In this document: positions 35,662-44,876 of the stretch, piece by piece
How positions within the stretch are numbered: the stretch's first letter is position 1
Layout of the letters: the number at the start of each line of letters is the position of its first letter
From: a virus
Taxonomy: Duplodnaviria > Caudoviricetes
IMG/VR virus record: IMGVR_UViG_3300048834_000930
Coordinates: 1 to 56,648 of that record
Strand: one strand, 5' to 3'
Length of the DNA: 56,648 nucleotides
Position numbers and translations under genes: made by a program
The notes under the pieces: model-generated
What the model was told of the DNA's origin: nothing
Database searches by the model: none
What the model saw: the letters and a program-made list of their open reading frames with translations, nothing else

Positions 35662-36174
35662 ATGAGTACCAGAAAGACTCGCCACGCAACTTTGCCATAC
35701 AACATTGCCTCAAAGGCCCGCCGAAGCGAAGAGGCAGCGCAGATCAAAAGGCTGCGGATTGACGGGCCGCACAATCCAACACGCGGCTTCGTCGTGGCGA
35801 CACTTGCAGAAATCCTGGACAAAATTCAGCGCACGTTTCCACTTTTCGGAGCGTTCGCATTTCGTGAGGTTGACCTCAAGGTCTGGTGTTGCGGCCCACG
35901 AGAATGCACGGATCATATTCATCGGCAGGGAGCATCGATCATGGCCCGAGAAGTTGGGACGCGAACGACCGCCTGGGATTTCATTGTTACGGGTAGGTAC
36001 GTGCAGATAAACTACATCCGCACCGAATTTGGCTTCGTCGCACTCTGCTTCGCCACCGCTCGCACCTGCATTACTTCGACCGACAGCATGGTGGGCCAGT
36101 TGCTAACTTCGCTGAAAAACGCTGTCGCACGGGACGCCGCGCACTCCGAACAAAGAGAGTTGATCGCCAAGTAG
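35662..36174 (+). CDS. hypothetical protein
   Basis: ORF with GGAG upstream. Confidence 0.55.
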   Translation: MSTRKTRHATLPYNIASKARRSEEAAQIKRLRIDGPHNPTRGFVVATLAEILDKIQRTFPLFGAFAFREVDLKVWCCGPRECTDHIHRQGASIMAREVGTRTTAWDFIVTGRYVQINYIRTEFGFVALCFATARTCITSTDSMVGQLLTSLKNAVARDAAHSEQRELIAK

Positions 36175-36183
36175 GAAACCAAT

Positions 36184-36615
36184 ATGCACTTCACACCTCA
36201 AAGCCACGTCAATCATTTTCTGAACTCAACGCGAAGGTTCGAGCAGATTGAGCGCTTGCCAACCTACTCGCCGGAATGGTTTCAGATCAAGCACCCAAAC
36301 GTTTGCCTCTATGCCCCATCGTTTCCGCGGCCGCACGCTGGGCCTGCTGAGTTTTCGCTTGCGACGGCGATGTATCACCGGTTTTGCATGGAGCTTGGGC
36401 AGACTGAAGCGATGACGAAGCTGCGGATTGACGGCATCGGCTGGGTTTACATCCAATTTTGCCGCTCACCTGATCACGGTGCGACAGCGATTGCATATCG
36501 CGAAAACGATCCGGTCGCCAAATCGGCGAAACGAATGTGCCGCTTTGCCGCGAAGTATCAGGCGGACTGGGTTATCTGCGGTCGAATTCGCTATGCCTCC
36601 GAGGATGAACGATGA
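36184..36615 (+). CDS. hypothetical protein
   Basis: AGGA RBS, coupled to next. Confidence 0.55.
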   Translation: MHFTPQSHVNHFLNSTRRFEQIERLPTYSPEWFQIKHPNVCLYAPSFPRPHAGPAEFSLATAMYHRFCMELGQTEAMTKLRIDGIGWVYIQFCRSPDHGATAIAYRENDPVAKSAKRMCRFAAKYQADWVICGRIRYASEDER

Positions 36616-36932
36616 TGACTCCACGCCTCACCGCAATTCACGACTGCCGTCGCGCGGTCGAAAAGGCGTGGTCTGAATACCTCAACGGGCACCGGGCCAA
36701 ATTCGGCAACTCCCGTGGTGCAAAAGCGGCGCGAACCCTCGCGCGTCGTGCCTTGAACATGACCGTCGACGCCATCGCAGGTCTCGCCGTCGACGAGCTT
36801 CGCGAAATCGAACGAAGCGGTGGCGAAATTGACTGGCAGGGCTTACGTCCGCGACATTCGCCGCCCACTGCGGCTGCGACTATCTGGCCGATCGAGAAAG
36901 TGCCAAGCTCGGAGTCCTCATGCGACTCGTAA
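36612..36932 (+). CDS. hypothetical protein
   Basis: Coupled ORF. Confidence 0.5.
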   Translation: MMTPRLTAIHDCRRAVEKAWSEYLNGHRAKFGNSRGAKAARTLARRALNMTVDAIAGLAVDELREIERSGGEIDWQGLRPRHSPPTAAATIWPIEKVPSSESSCDS

Positions 36933-37393
36933 ATGCAACCCAAAGCGATCGTCAACGCATTCGCGATGCGGAGGTCATTGACGGGCCCAATCCGCACGAC
37001 GCCGAGGCGCAAGCGCAGCGACTCGCCGAACTCGAGGAGATTGTCGAGCGACTGCGCCACGATCGCGATGTCGACGGTTTTCGCCGCGAGACCGAACTGC
37101 TGAGGGAAATTGCAACGCTCCGGCGTGAGGCCATCCAAGATCGGGCGCTTTACGGTGAAAATCGGACATCGATCATGAATCAGCCGGATTGGGGCAATTT
37201 CTGGCTTTCGGCGCTCCAGATGTGGCCGTGCGGCGTCTTGCTCTGCGGCTTCACGTACCTGATTTTCTTGCTCGCCAGTGTGTTCGCGGGAAGCTGGCTC
37301 GCGTGGCTGATCGGTCTGTTTGCGTTTGGCGCGGGATGCCAAGCGTTGACCTGCTTTGCGATTCCGTTCGCACACCTCCGGAGGCTGACTTGA
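36920..37393 (+). CDS. membrane protein (coiled coil plus C-terminal TM helices)
   Basis: Hydrophobic C-terminal third. Confidence 0.6.
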   Translation: MRLVNATQSDRQRIRDAEVIDGPNPHDAEAQAQRLAELEEIVERLRHDRDVDGFRRETELLREIATLRREAIQDRALYGENRTSIMNQPDWGNFWLSALQMWPCGVLLCGFTYLIFLLASVFAGSWLAWLIGLFAFGAGCQALTCFAIPFAHLRRLT

Positions 37394-37429
37394 TTTCGTC
37401 CATTTCGCGTGTCGTGATCCATTGCGAGC

Positions 37430-38023
37430 GTGGAGGTCTGTCTCACCGTTCCAATGGTCGCGCGCGCAAACACGCGATATCTCACCCGCAAATTCGTCCT
37501 CTCGCCGGAGCACAGATGCTTCAAAGCGGCCACGGTCGCCGAATTGGCGAAAATGGGATTTCCGCGCCTCTCCGGCCCACTGGTGGTCGAATTGCACACA
37601 TACTGGCCGCGGCTCCGATGGCTCGACGATGGCGGCTATCCACTTGGCGACATCGACGCGACGATCAAAAGCACGCTCGATGCGATCAGCGATGGGGCGC
37701 CCAAGCGCCCACTAAATATCGACCGCACAATTCGCGGTTTATTCGACGACGACATTCGCGTCGTTGAACTTCATGCGTTCAAACACTATGATGCAACGGG
37801 TCACCGCATTGAGGTGATTGTTAGACCATGCGCAAGTTTCGTGCCGGTACCAGCTCAAAAAAAGAGGCAGACGAGTTCGAGCTCGCCTGCCTTCGAGAGT
37901 TTGGCCGCCGCAGATGGAAGCTGTCCAAAAGCCTCCATCAAAGCCGGAAAACAAAGCTCCGGCGGTCCTGCAGTGAAAACTACCAGGACTCGAAAACATT
38001 CCAACTTGCGGTGTGGTCGCTGA
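37430..38023 (+). CDS. rusA: RusA-like Holliday junction resolvase
   Basis: GDIDATIKSTLDAI...DDD..VVEL.A.K.Y. Confidence 0.85.
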   Translation: MEVCLTVPMVARANTRYLTRKFVLSPEHRCFKAATVAELAKMGFPRLSGPLVVELHTYWPRLRWLDDGGYPLGDIDATIKSTLDAISDGAPKRPLNIDRTIRGLFDDDIRVVELHAFKHYDATGHRIEVIVRPCASFVPVPAQKKRQTSSSSPAFESLAAADGSCPKASIKAGKQSSGGPAVKTTRTRKHSNLRCGR

Positions 38024-38048
38024 ATTTTTGCGAAGGAAAACGGCGCAG

Positions 38049-39734
38049 ATGTCGCGACAAAGAAATGAAGTTGGGATTTATCGGAGCACCCCTCTTGCAA
38101 TCCAGGCTGACCCGCGCTTTCGGGCGTTGAGTGTCACCGGCAAGTTGATACTCCACACGCTTTTCGCGGGGATGCCGACATCGCAGATTCCGGGTGTGAT
38201 TGCAGCGGCCCCCGGGACAGTGGCGCACCACCTTGGCATTTCAATCGAGCAGTTCATGGATTGCTGGCGGTCTGAGATCGAAGAGATGGATTGGGCCCGA
38301 GCCGATTGGGCCGCCGGCTTCATCTATGTGCCGTCGGCGATCGAACTTGCGCTGCCAGCGAGGGTGAACATCGTTCGCACTTGGCGACGAACTTGGGAGC
38401 TTCTCCCGGGGTGTGCGCTGAAGGATGAGGCCGCGGACGCAATTCTGCGGTCGCTCGACTGTGCGTCGATTCCAGCCGGAAATGCATTTCGAAAAATCCT
38501 CGGGTCGGCACCGATCGAGAAAAAAGAGAAAATCGAACCGAAAATCGAAAATAATTCGAGTGAAAATCATTTGAAAATTCGGACCGAATTATTTTCTGAA
38601 AATAAAAAAAAGCGGGGTCGTCCGAGAAAAAATCCCGAATTAAAAAAGGATTTTTTCCCGACCCCATTTTTCGACCCGACTTTTCCTGGAAACCGGATAA
38701 TCGCCAGCGAGGATAAAACGGCGTTCAGCGGCGAGAATCTTGCACCTATCTATAGTTTCGCGAGTGGCGCCGCTGAGGTTGAAAAAATCGAAGAAAAAAA
38801 AGAACCATGCCGCGGCCAGGATCAGGATCAGGATCAGGAACAGAAGCAGGAACAGGATCAGGAATATATTCTTAAGAGAGAAGAGCAGATCGGTGATTCT
38901 TACGAATCACCTCAGTGTCGTGTTGGCGGAAAAAGCGCGAAAACAGTCGAGTCGGAGGGGAATTCCGACCATGGGCAAGTTCCGTCGGTCGACGAGGTCA
39001 CCGAGCCAAGCTCAGAGTCGATGTCGTCGATCGAGACGCCGACGCAGCGTCGCTCGGGACCCTCGACACCACCCCCAATCCAACGGGCGCTCTTCGGGCC
39101 GGCAGTGGCTTCGCGAGTCGAGCAGCGGGAGCCAGCACCCAAGCCGAAAAAAGCGAAGAGTGCGCTCAAGTTTCCTGACCTTTGCCGGAGGGTTGTCGAC
39201 GAACTCAACCGAGCACGGTCCGCGGTGGCGCCGCAGAAGAATCTGCGCGGGCTCGAGTCGGCATCGGACTCAGGACTGCAATTGCTCGACGGCCGAATCG
39301 CCGAGCTGATGGGCAAATTTGGCGAGGCGGACGAGGTGGTCGGAATCTTGTCGGACGTGGTGTGGGCCCGAGCCTGGGAGCTTGGAATTGCGCCGCGTGG
39401 CGGCAACGAGCTCGAAGACTGGCACGGAAAATTCAAGTGGCTGAACCTGAGCGCGCCGTTCACCGGTCCGCACGGTGGCAAGCAAGGCGGGTGGATCATG
39501 AGTGAGGCGATTCGCGCCGAATGGATCGAGGCAGGGCGGCCTGAGCCCTACCAGAAGCGTGCGCGTGTTCGAGATATTCGCCAGGGTTCGATCGTCGCTG
39601 CGTACGACCCTGAGGACTTTGCAAATGTGGAGGCGATTCACAACCATCGCCAGGCGGAGATGCGACGAGAGTACATCGAGAAATTGACACGCGAGGGGAA
39701 AGAAATCCCGGAGTACATTTTGAATGAATATTGA
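38049..39734 (+). CDS. phage replication initiator protein
   Basis: N-terminal D.RFRALS..GKL...IPG...A..LG wHTH pattern, QDQDQDQEQ linker, directly upstream of a DnaC-like gene. Confidence 0.75.
   Translation: MSRQRNEVGIYRSTPLAIQADPRFRALSVTGKLILHTLFAGMPTSQIPGVIAAAPGTVAHHLGISIEQFMDCWRSEIEEMDWARADWAAGFIYVPSAIELALPARVNIVRTWRRTWELLPGCALKDEAADAILRSLDCASIPAGNAFRKILGSAPIEKKEKIEPKIENNSSENHLKIRTELFSENKKKRGRPRKNPELKKDFFPTPFFDPTFPGNRIIASEDKTAFSGENLAPIYSFASGAAEVEKIEEKKEPCRGQDQDQDQEQKQEQDQEYILKREEQIGDSYESPQCRVGGKSAKTVESEGNSDHGQVPSVDEVTEPSSESMSSIETPTQRRSGPSTPPPIQRALFGPAVASRVEQREPAPKPKKAKSALKFPDLCRRVVDELNRARSAVAPQKNLRGLESASDSGLQLLDGRIAELMGKFGEADEVVGILSDVVWARAWELGIAPRGGNELEDWHGKFKWLNLSAPFTGPHGGKQGGWIMSEAIRAEWIEAGRPEPYQKRARVRDIRQGSIVAAYDPEDFANVEAIHNHRQAEMRREYIEKLTREGKEIPEYILNEY
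38515..38700. promoter_or_regulatory. putative replication origin inside the initiator gene
   Basis: AT-rich island; GAAAAT repeats at 38528, 38540, 38547, 38562, 38573, 38598; inverted pair AAAATAATTCG/CGAATTATTTT. Confidence 0.55.
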
Positions 39735-40560
39735 AGATCAAATCAATAATGTGTCTGACTCGGAATTGGGACGCGTGATGAAGGCAGCATTGCACGAAAT
39801 GCTGCGGCGCGGCTTTTCTGAACCGACACCCGAGGAAGATGGCGAATCGGCGCGGATACGCGATTGCAAGTTCCTGCGGGAGCGGTCTGTGCCGGAGAAT
39901 ATTGCCGTAGATGCGACGGATCCGGATCGTCGAAGTACACCGGTTCTCGCTGCGGTGATGATGTGGAAGGACGTGGTCTATCCAAAAGTGTTACAGGCAT
40001 TGAAAGATAAGACCCGAATGCCGTCGAACGCATGGCCAATTCTGTTTGGACCGCCGGGGCGCGGAAAGTCAGTAGCGGCGGCGTGGCTCTTGCTGAACGT
40101 GAAGTCGGACGGGTACAACGAATACTTTCCGACATGGGCTCAAGCCTCGGAATATGTCCGAATTCGCCCGAGCAACAGGGATGAAGACGCCGCTCGGGTG
40201 CGCAAGATTGAGCGCTCGCCATTCCTTGTCCTTGACGACATTGGCCGTGAGCATGTTGGCGGTACCGCGTACGCTTCGGGTGCCATTGGCGAACTCCTGA
40301 GTCTGAGGCATAGCGAACGACGCATCACTGTTCTTACCGCCAACCTTCCCGAAGAAATGATGCGTCAGGGGCTGTCTGGGAAAACTGCCCTGATCGAAGG
40401 TGTTCTATCGCGGTACGACTCAGTTTTGGCGTCACGCGTCAATGAGTTTGGATCGTTGTTTGAGGCAACCGGGCCTGATCTTCGCGCCATGCAGGATGGA
40501 GTGACGAATACCGCTCGCCACTCGCCGCCGATGAGACCGGGAACTCGTGCAAGACGATGA
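39724..40560 (+). CDS. DnaC/IstB-like ATPase (helicase loader)
   Basis: Walker A GPPGRGKS, Walker B LVLDDIG, R...T.LTANL, SR. Confidence 0.88.
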   Translation: MNIEDQINNVSDSELGRVMKAALHEMLRRGFSEPTPEEDGESARIRDCKFLRERSVPENIAVDATDPDRRSTPVLAAVMMWKDVVYPKVLQALKDKTRMPSNAWPILFGPPGRGKSVAAAWLLLNVKSDGYNEYFPTWAQASEYVRIRPSNRDEDAARVRKIERSPFLVLDDIGREHVGGTAYASGAIGELLSLRHSERRITVLTANLPEEMMRQGLSGKTALIEGVLSRYDSVLASRVNEFGSLFEATGPDLRAMQDGVTNTARHSPPMRPGTRARR

Positions 40561-40639
40561 CCTTGATTTGACGGCGGAACTCTCGCAGTAAATACGATGG
40601 TCGATTGAATGAATTTCGTTTGGGTGGTAGATTTAGTGA

Positions 40640-41641
40640 ATGGATCTGAAACAGTATCACCGCGAGGTTGCGCGGACGTTTCCGAGCGATGAGCAGCATG
40701 GCGCCACTTCGGCGTGCGAGATTCACTACCTCTGCTCGTGCATCGCTGATGCCATGCGGGATAGTTGCTGTGTCGAGCGGCGCAAGAAGACAGCTTTTTA
40801 CGCCGGCTCAATGACGGATGAGAAGCGGAATCGACTGATTGAGAAGCAGGTGTCGATGCTCAATCGGCTAGATCCGGCAATGAAGACTTTGGAGCAAAGA
40901 TGCAGTGTTGATCGCGAATGTAGCGCGCAGGCCCGCAACACGCTCCATGCTCTGGCGGGCGTATGCGGTGAGATCCATGAAATCGCCATTGTACTCGCCG
41001 AGGACAAGGGGGGCCTGATGCTTGCCGATGAGGTTGGCGATATCCTGTTCTACCTCACGGCACTTTGCAACGCGAATGGCATTACCCTCGAAGATGCGAT
41101 GCGCGCAAACGTGGCCAAGCTTCGCGCTCGGTACCCTGATGGATTCTCGGCTGATAAGGCGGTGAACAAAGACGAGGCTGCGGAAGAATTGGCGATGGGG
41201 GCAGAGGTGCGCGCAAACACCAATACTGAATCGACGATCAATGAAAAGCAACTTCTTGACGCCGCTCGTGTCATCTCTAAGGCGCGCGGGTGCACGCTTG
41301 GTCAGGGTGTCGATGCCATATTTCGTGCGGCTGAGCTGCTAGATAAGCCTGAGAAGGTGCTTGAGATGTCACGCGATAGGTCATCGCCTAGCGAGGTGGG
41401 GATTGAGGTTGGGTATGTGTACGCACACAAGAAGAGTGGGTCCACTTACAGTGTGCTTCACATTGCCACTGATGCTACAAACTCGCGCGATGGCAACTTG
41501 GTTGTCGTTTACAGGCGATATGACCCAAAGACGCGCGAGTGTGGCGTTCAGGTGTTCGTGCGTGACATCAATGAGTTTCGAGAGAAGTTCGATTGTGGAG
41601 GGGTAAGCGACTGTCCGGAGAAGGTGAGCAGTGGACGTTGA
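40640..41641 (+). CDS. MazG-like pyrophosphohydrolase fused to a DUF1653-like domain
   Basis: GVCGEIHE...DEVGDILFYL...N..KL.ARYPDGFS; C-terminal YAHKKSG..Y.V...A....VVVYR...VFVRD..EF. Confidence 0.8.
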   Translation: MDLKQYHREVARTFPSDEQHGATSACEIHYLCSCIADAMRDSCCVERRKKTAFYAGSMTDEKRNRLIEKQVSMLNRLDPAMKTLEQRCSVDRECSAQARNTLHALAGVCGEIHEIAIVLAEDKGGLMLADEVGDILFYLTALCNANGITLEDAMRANVAKLRARYPDGFSADKAVNKDEAAEELAMGAEVRANTNTESTINEKQLLDAARVISKARGCTLGQGVDAIFRAAELLDKPEKVLEMSRDRSSPSEVGIEVGYVYAHKKSGSTYSVLHIATDATNSRDGNLVVVYRRYDPKTRECGVQVFVRDINEFREKFDCGGVSDCPEKVSSGR

Positions 41642-41984
41642 AATCGAAACCCGCGTGATCAGCATTTCGACGGGGAAACCGGTTGAAGTGAGTGATTTGC
41701 CAGTCGATCCGGATAGTGATGCGCCGTTCTTTGCAGCGCCTGGTCCGGGTGGGTGCAAGCATCTCTGTGTCCCGTACAACGTCGATCTTGCTCGTGGTAT
41801 TTGCACTTGCTCAAAATGCAAAGCGACGCTGTCACCATTTTTTGTGCTGCAGAAGCTGATGAGTCAAGAAAGCCTCTGGAGAAATAGCGAGAAGCGGGCA
41901 AAAGAAGCGGCGGAGGTTGTTATTAATAAGCGGTCCTGCAAGTGCATTCACTGCGGTAAAATGACGACGATTCCGGTGAGGTGA
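41631..41984 (+). CDS. zinc-binding phage protein
   Basis: CKH...CSKC...CKCIHCGKMT. Confidence 0.7.
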   Translation: MDVEIETRVISISTGKPVEVSDLPVDPDSDAPFFAAPGPGGCKHLCVPYNVDLARGICTCSKCKATLSPFFVLQKLMSQESLWRNSEKRAKEAAEVVINKRSCKCIHCGKMTTIPVR

Positions 41985-42509
41985 GTGATGGAGAAAGAAA
42001 GTCAAAAACACGATGAACGATTGCCTGCATCGCCGCAGCATTGCCCGATGCCATGTCCGCATTGCGTTGGATCCGGCGTGCCAATCGGTGACTGGGGTTC
42101 GCCGATGAAATGTGAAGGCTGCGGCAAGCTCTTCAACTGCGATGAAGTTGGTGCAACATGGCCGATTTGCGAAAGGTGCAATGGGACGTTGATGGTTGAC
42201 GGCGAGGCGTGTGGCCAGTGCAATGGAAATGGCTTTATCGATAAGGATGACGGGGTGAGTTTCCGCCTCAGATTTTTAGCGCAGGATACTTTGATTTTGA
42301 TACTTCGCGACGAGGCTGGAAAATGGCGACGGCTCCACACCGAATGCCAAATCGAGAACAATCGGCTGCTTGAGGAGAATCGGCGGTTGAAAGCAGATCG
42401 CCAGCAGGCGGAAGATGTGCAGAGAAATATCGAGGCGTTTAAAGCATCGGTGCGGGCAATGAATGATTTGAAGCCTGGGTTTGGCGCGACGACTGGAGAG
42501 CCAACATGA
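41985..42509 (+). CDS. CxxCxGxG zinc-finger plus coiled-coil protein
   Basis: CPHCVGSG, CERCNG, CGQCNGNG. Confidence 0.65.
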   Translation: MMEKESQKHDERLPASPQHCPMPCPHCVGSGVPIGDWGSPMKCEGCGKLFNCDEVGATWPICERCNGTLMVDGEACGQCNGNGFIDKDDGVSFRLRFLAQDTLILILRDEAGKWRRLHTECQIENNRLLEENRRLKADRQQAEDVQRNIEAFKASVRAMNDLKPGFGATTGEPT

Positions 42510-42706
42510 GAAAAGAAAAAGAAATGAAGGCGCTCGCACAAAAGCGCCTCCTGCAAAGCCTCACGCTGCGCAAGGTGAAGAGCGCCTTGCTTGGCGACGA
42601 AGGGCTTGAGGAGCGAATTCGGCTGGCTGTTGTAGCGATTGCTGAGCTTGAGCTCAAACTTTCAATCATTTCGACGCCGGAGGAATTTATCGATGCTCCT
42701 AGGTGA
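42506..42706 (+). CDS. hypothetical protein
   Basis: GGAG RBS, coupled. Confidence 0.55.
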   Translation: MRKEKEMKALAQKRLLQSLTLRKVKSALLGDEGLEERIRLAVVAIAELELKLSIISTPEEFIDAPR

Positions 42707-42707
42707 A

Positions 42708-43241
42708 ATGACATCCTTCATCGACGACCCGCGCGCGCCATCCGGGGCCGGCACGAAGAAGCCGATGCAGCTCGTTGACGCGGTCTGCGTCCGGGCGGAA
42801 CCTAGCGAGAACTCGCTGCAGGTTGCTGGGTGGGAGCCGTCGCTTGACCGGGGAAACATCCGCTGGCTGACGCGGCAGGTTGGGCGAGGTGACGTGGTGC
42901 AATTTTCAAAGGTGTTGTTGCCTTCGATTGAACAGGCGCCGATCAACGAGGGGTCGAGCGACGACGAGAAATTGGACGCGGACTATGTTGATGATGTCGA
43001 CGATGGGATTGCGAACGAAAACCGACACTCAATACCGACGGGGTTTCAGCGCTTGACCACGCGGGCGGTCGAGATCGACCTGGGTTGTTCGTATTGCGTG
43101 GAGATTGCGACGAGGAAGTCGCGGCACACATTGCCGCCGAGGGTTTCGCGGTCGAAAGCGGCGGTGATGAAACGGGCGAAGGTAGTTGAGGATGATGGGG
43201 CGCAGACGGGGCTGTTTGGGGGGAACGATGGGGCACCTTGA
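42708..43241 (+). CDS. hypothetical protein
   Basis: AGGTG RBS; CSYC. Confidence 0.55.
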   Translation: MTSFIDDPRAPSGAGTKKPMQLVDAVCVRAEPSENSLQVAGWEPSLDRGNIRWLTRQVGRGDVVQFSKVLLPSIEQAPINEGSSDDEKLDADYVDDVDDGIANENRHSIPTGFQRLTTRAVEIDLGCSYCVEIATRKSRHTLPPRVSRSKAAVMKRAKVVEDDGAQTGLFGGNDGAP

Positions 43242-43503
43242 CCTAAGCGAAATCGTCACGCCGCCGCGGTACGATGCATCGGAACGAGAGCGGGAGCTTT
43301 ACACGAGGCTTTGCCGTGAGCAGGGGCGATCGGATCGATTGAGAATTGAGCGCGACAAAATTCGGCGCTCGTGCAAGATCTCGAATGTCCTCCTGATTTT
43401 CAATACCACCCTCTTAATCTTGGAAGCTGCGAATGCGTGGCCAGTTCTCCGAACGGTCAGCATCTCGGCGTTGGATGCGATTTTGAATTGGGTCGGGTTG
43501 TGA
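43228..43503 (+). CDS. coiled-coil plus TM hypothetical protein
   Basis: Overlapping ORF with hydrophobic C-terminus. Confidence 0.5.
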   Translation: MGHLDLSEIVTPPRYDASERERELYTRLCREQGRSDRLRIERDKIRRSCKISNVLLIFNTTLLILEAANAWPVLRTVSISALDAILNWVGL

Positions 43504-43518
43504 TTGTGATTTTCGAAA

Positions 43519-43995
43519 ATGGAGACGTTCAACATGGCTGAAACGGATCAAGATAAACTAAACGCGATGCATGATGAGCTTGAGCGGGTCAAGAGCTCGC
43601 TAAATGCCGCATTTCTTGTTGCCGGCCAGATTGCCGTGCAGATGTACTCAGACACTTGTAAGCGTGTGGATTGCGAAAATAACCTGCGATCCGAGCTTGA
43701 GAGTTTGATTCGGCGACATGATCATCTTGTAGGCGAGCTTGAGCTCAGTCGCGCAAAGGAAAAGGAGCGTGAGGGTCTTCTTGATCTGAACTACAAGAGG
43801 CAAGAGGAGCTTGAGGGTCTTCTTGATCTGAACTACAAGAGGCAAGAAGAGCTTGAGCGTGAGAACGCAGAGTTGCGAATCAGCATGCAGAATGAAATCA
43901 ACCTCGCAAATTCTGAGGCTTGCGAATTGCGCATAGAGCTTGATGGCGTCAAGGATGCGAATCTCATGCGGGACCCGCATGTGCGGCTGTCGTGA
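43519..43995 (+). CDS. coiled-coil protein
   Basis: Heptad-rich with internal duplication. Confidence 0.65.
   Translation: METFNMAETDQDKLNAMHDELERVKSSLNAAFLVAGQIAVQMYSDTCKRVDCENNLRSELESLIRRHDHLVGELELSRAKEKEREGLLDLNYKRQEELEGLLDLNYKRQEELERENAELRISMQNEINLANSEACELRIELDGVKDANLMRDPHVRLS
43771..43854 (+). repeat. 42-bp tandem duplication (EGLLDLNYKRQEEL x2)
   Basis: Two units, one mismatch. Confidence 0.9.
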
Positions 43996-44096
43996 CCTGT
44001 CTAGTCGACAATCACGCCAAATTCGGTCAACAATTCAGGAATTTTGGCCAGCCTAAACTTTGAGCGAAATGCCATTCGGATTATGGTAAACGCAGG

Positions 44097-44876
44097 ATGG
44101 GTCGTAGTTCGCAAACTGAAGAATCAAAGTGGCGCAAGAGGGCTATTGCGCTTGAAAACCGACTGAGTGACCAGGAGCGGCGCTATGCCATCGCTCGTGC
44201 TGCAGGGCTGCCGAAGGGTGAGTCGGCGATAGCGGCCGGTTATTCAAAGAAATCGGCTCCGTCGATTGCTTCGAGGTGCGAGTCGAGGGGGCGGGTGCAG
44301 GAATATATTTCGCTACTTCGACGAGGTGTGGTCACGAAGACAGCGCTGTCGACGAAGAATATTGATGCACTCATCCGTCGCAATGAGGAAAACGATGAGT
44401 TCGAGCAGTCGTTAGATCGGTTGCGCATGAAGGTCCTCCAGCCCGACATCGATCTCATTTCGGCCGATCCAAGCGACATCTTCACCGTCGAGAACGGGCG
44501 AGTCATTTGCAAGGACTTTAAGGACCTCACGCCATCGCAGCGCAAGCGAATCTCGGGCTTCAAATATCAATTCGAGCCTGGTGAGAATGGGAAGTCGTTT
44601 CTCATCGTCGAGCTCTACAGCCGCGACAAGGCGCTCGATCGACTGCACTCGTACCTCGGCTTGAAGGGTAAGGGGGCGATCCTCGGTGAGCTGATTTCGC
44701 CGCCGAAGAAGCCGGAACAGGAAGCGGATGCGCCGGCAAAGGGTATTGAGCGCGGCATCTCGAAGGCCGCCGCCGACATGGTCAAGGCCAGCATCCTCGG
44801 GGTTGACGCACTGCCCAGTGACGAGGAGGCGAAAGATCTGCTCGGGGACCAAGACGAACCGAAGGACGACGCATGA
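44097..44876 (+). CDS. terS: terminase small subunit
   Basis: LSDQERRY...SAIAAGYSKKSA...V..YI; ADPSDIF; LYSRDKALDRL..YLG. Confidence 0.85.
   Translation: MGRSSQTEESKWRKRAIALENRLSDQERRYAIARAAGLPKGESAIAAGYSKKSAPSIASRCESRGRVQEYISLLRRGVVTKTALSTKNIDALIRRNEENDEFEQSLDRLRMKVLQPDIDLISADPSDIFTVENGRVICKDFKDLTPSQRKRISGFKYQFEPGENGKSFLIVELYSRDKALDRLHSYLGLKGKGAILGELISPPKKPEQEADAPAKGIERGISKAAADMVKASILGVDALPSDEEAKDLLGDQDEPKDDA

Noticed and set aside
38817-38864. CAGGAT/CAGGAA hexamer run as a contingency locus
   Set aside because: In-frame QD/QE linker common in phage replication initiators
39724-40560. IS21 IstB / insertion sequence
   Set aside because: No IstA transposase or terminal repeats; the position after the initiator indicates a helicase loader
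43771-43854. CRISPR-like repeat
   Set aside because: In-frame tandem duplication with no spacer, inside a coiled-coil gene
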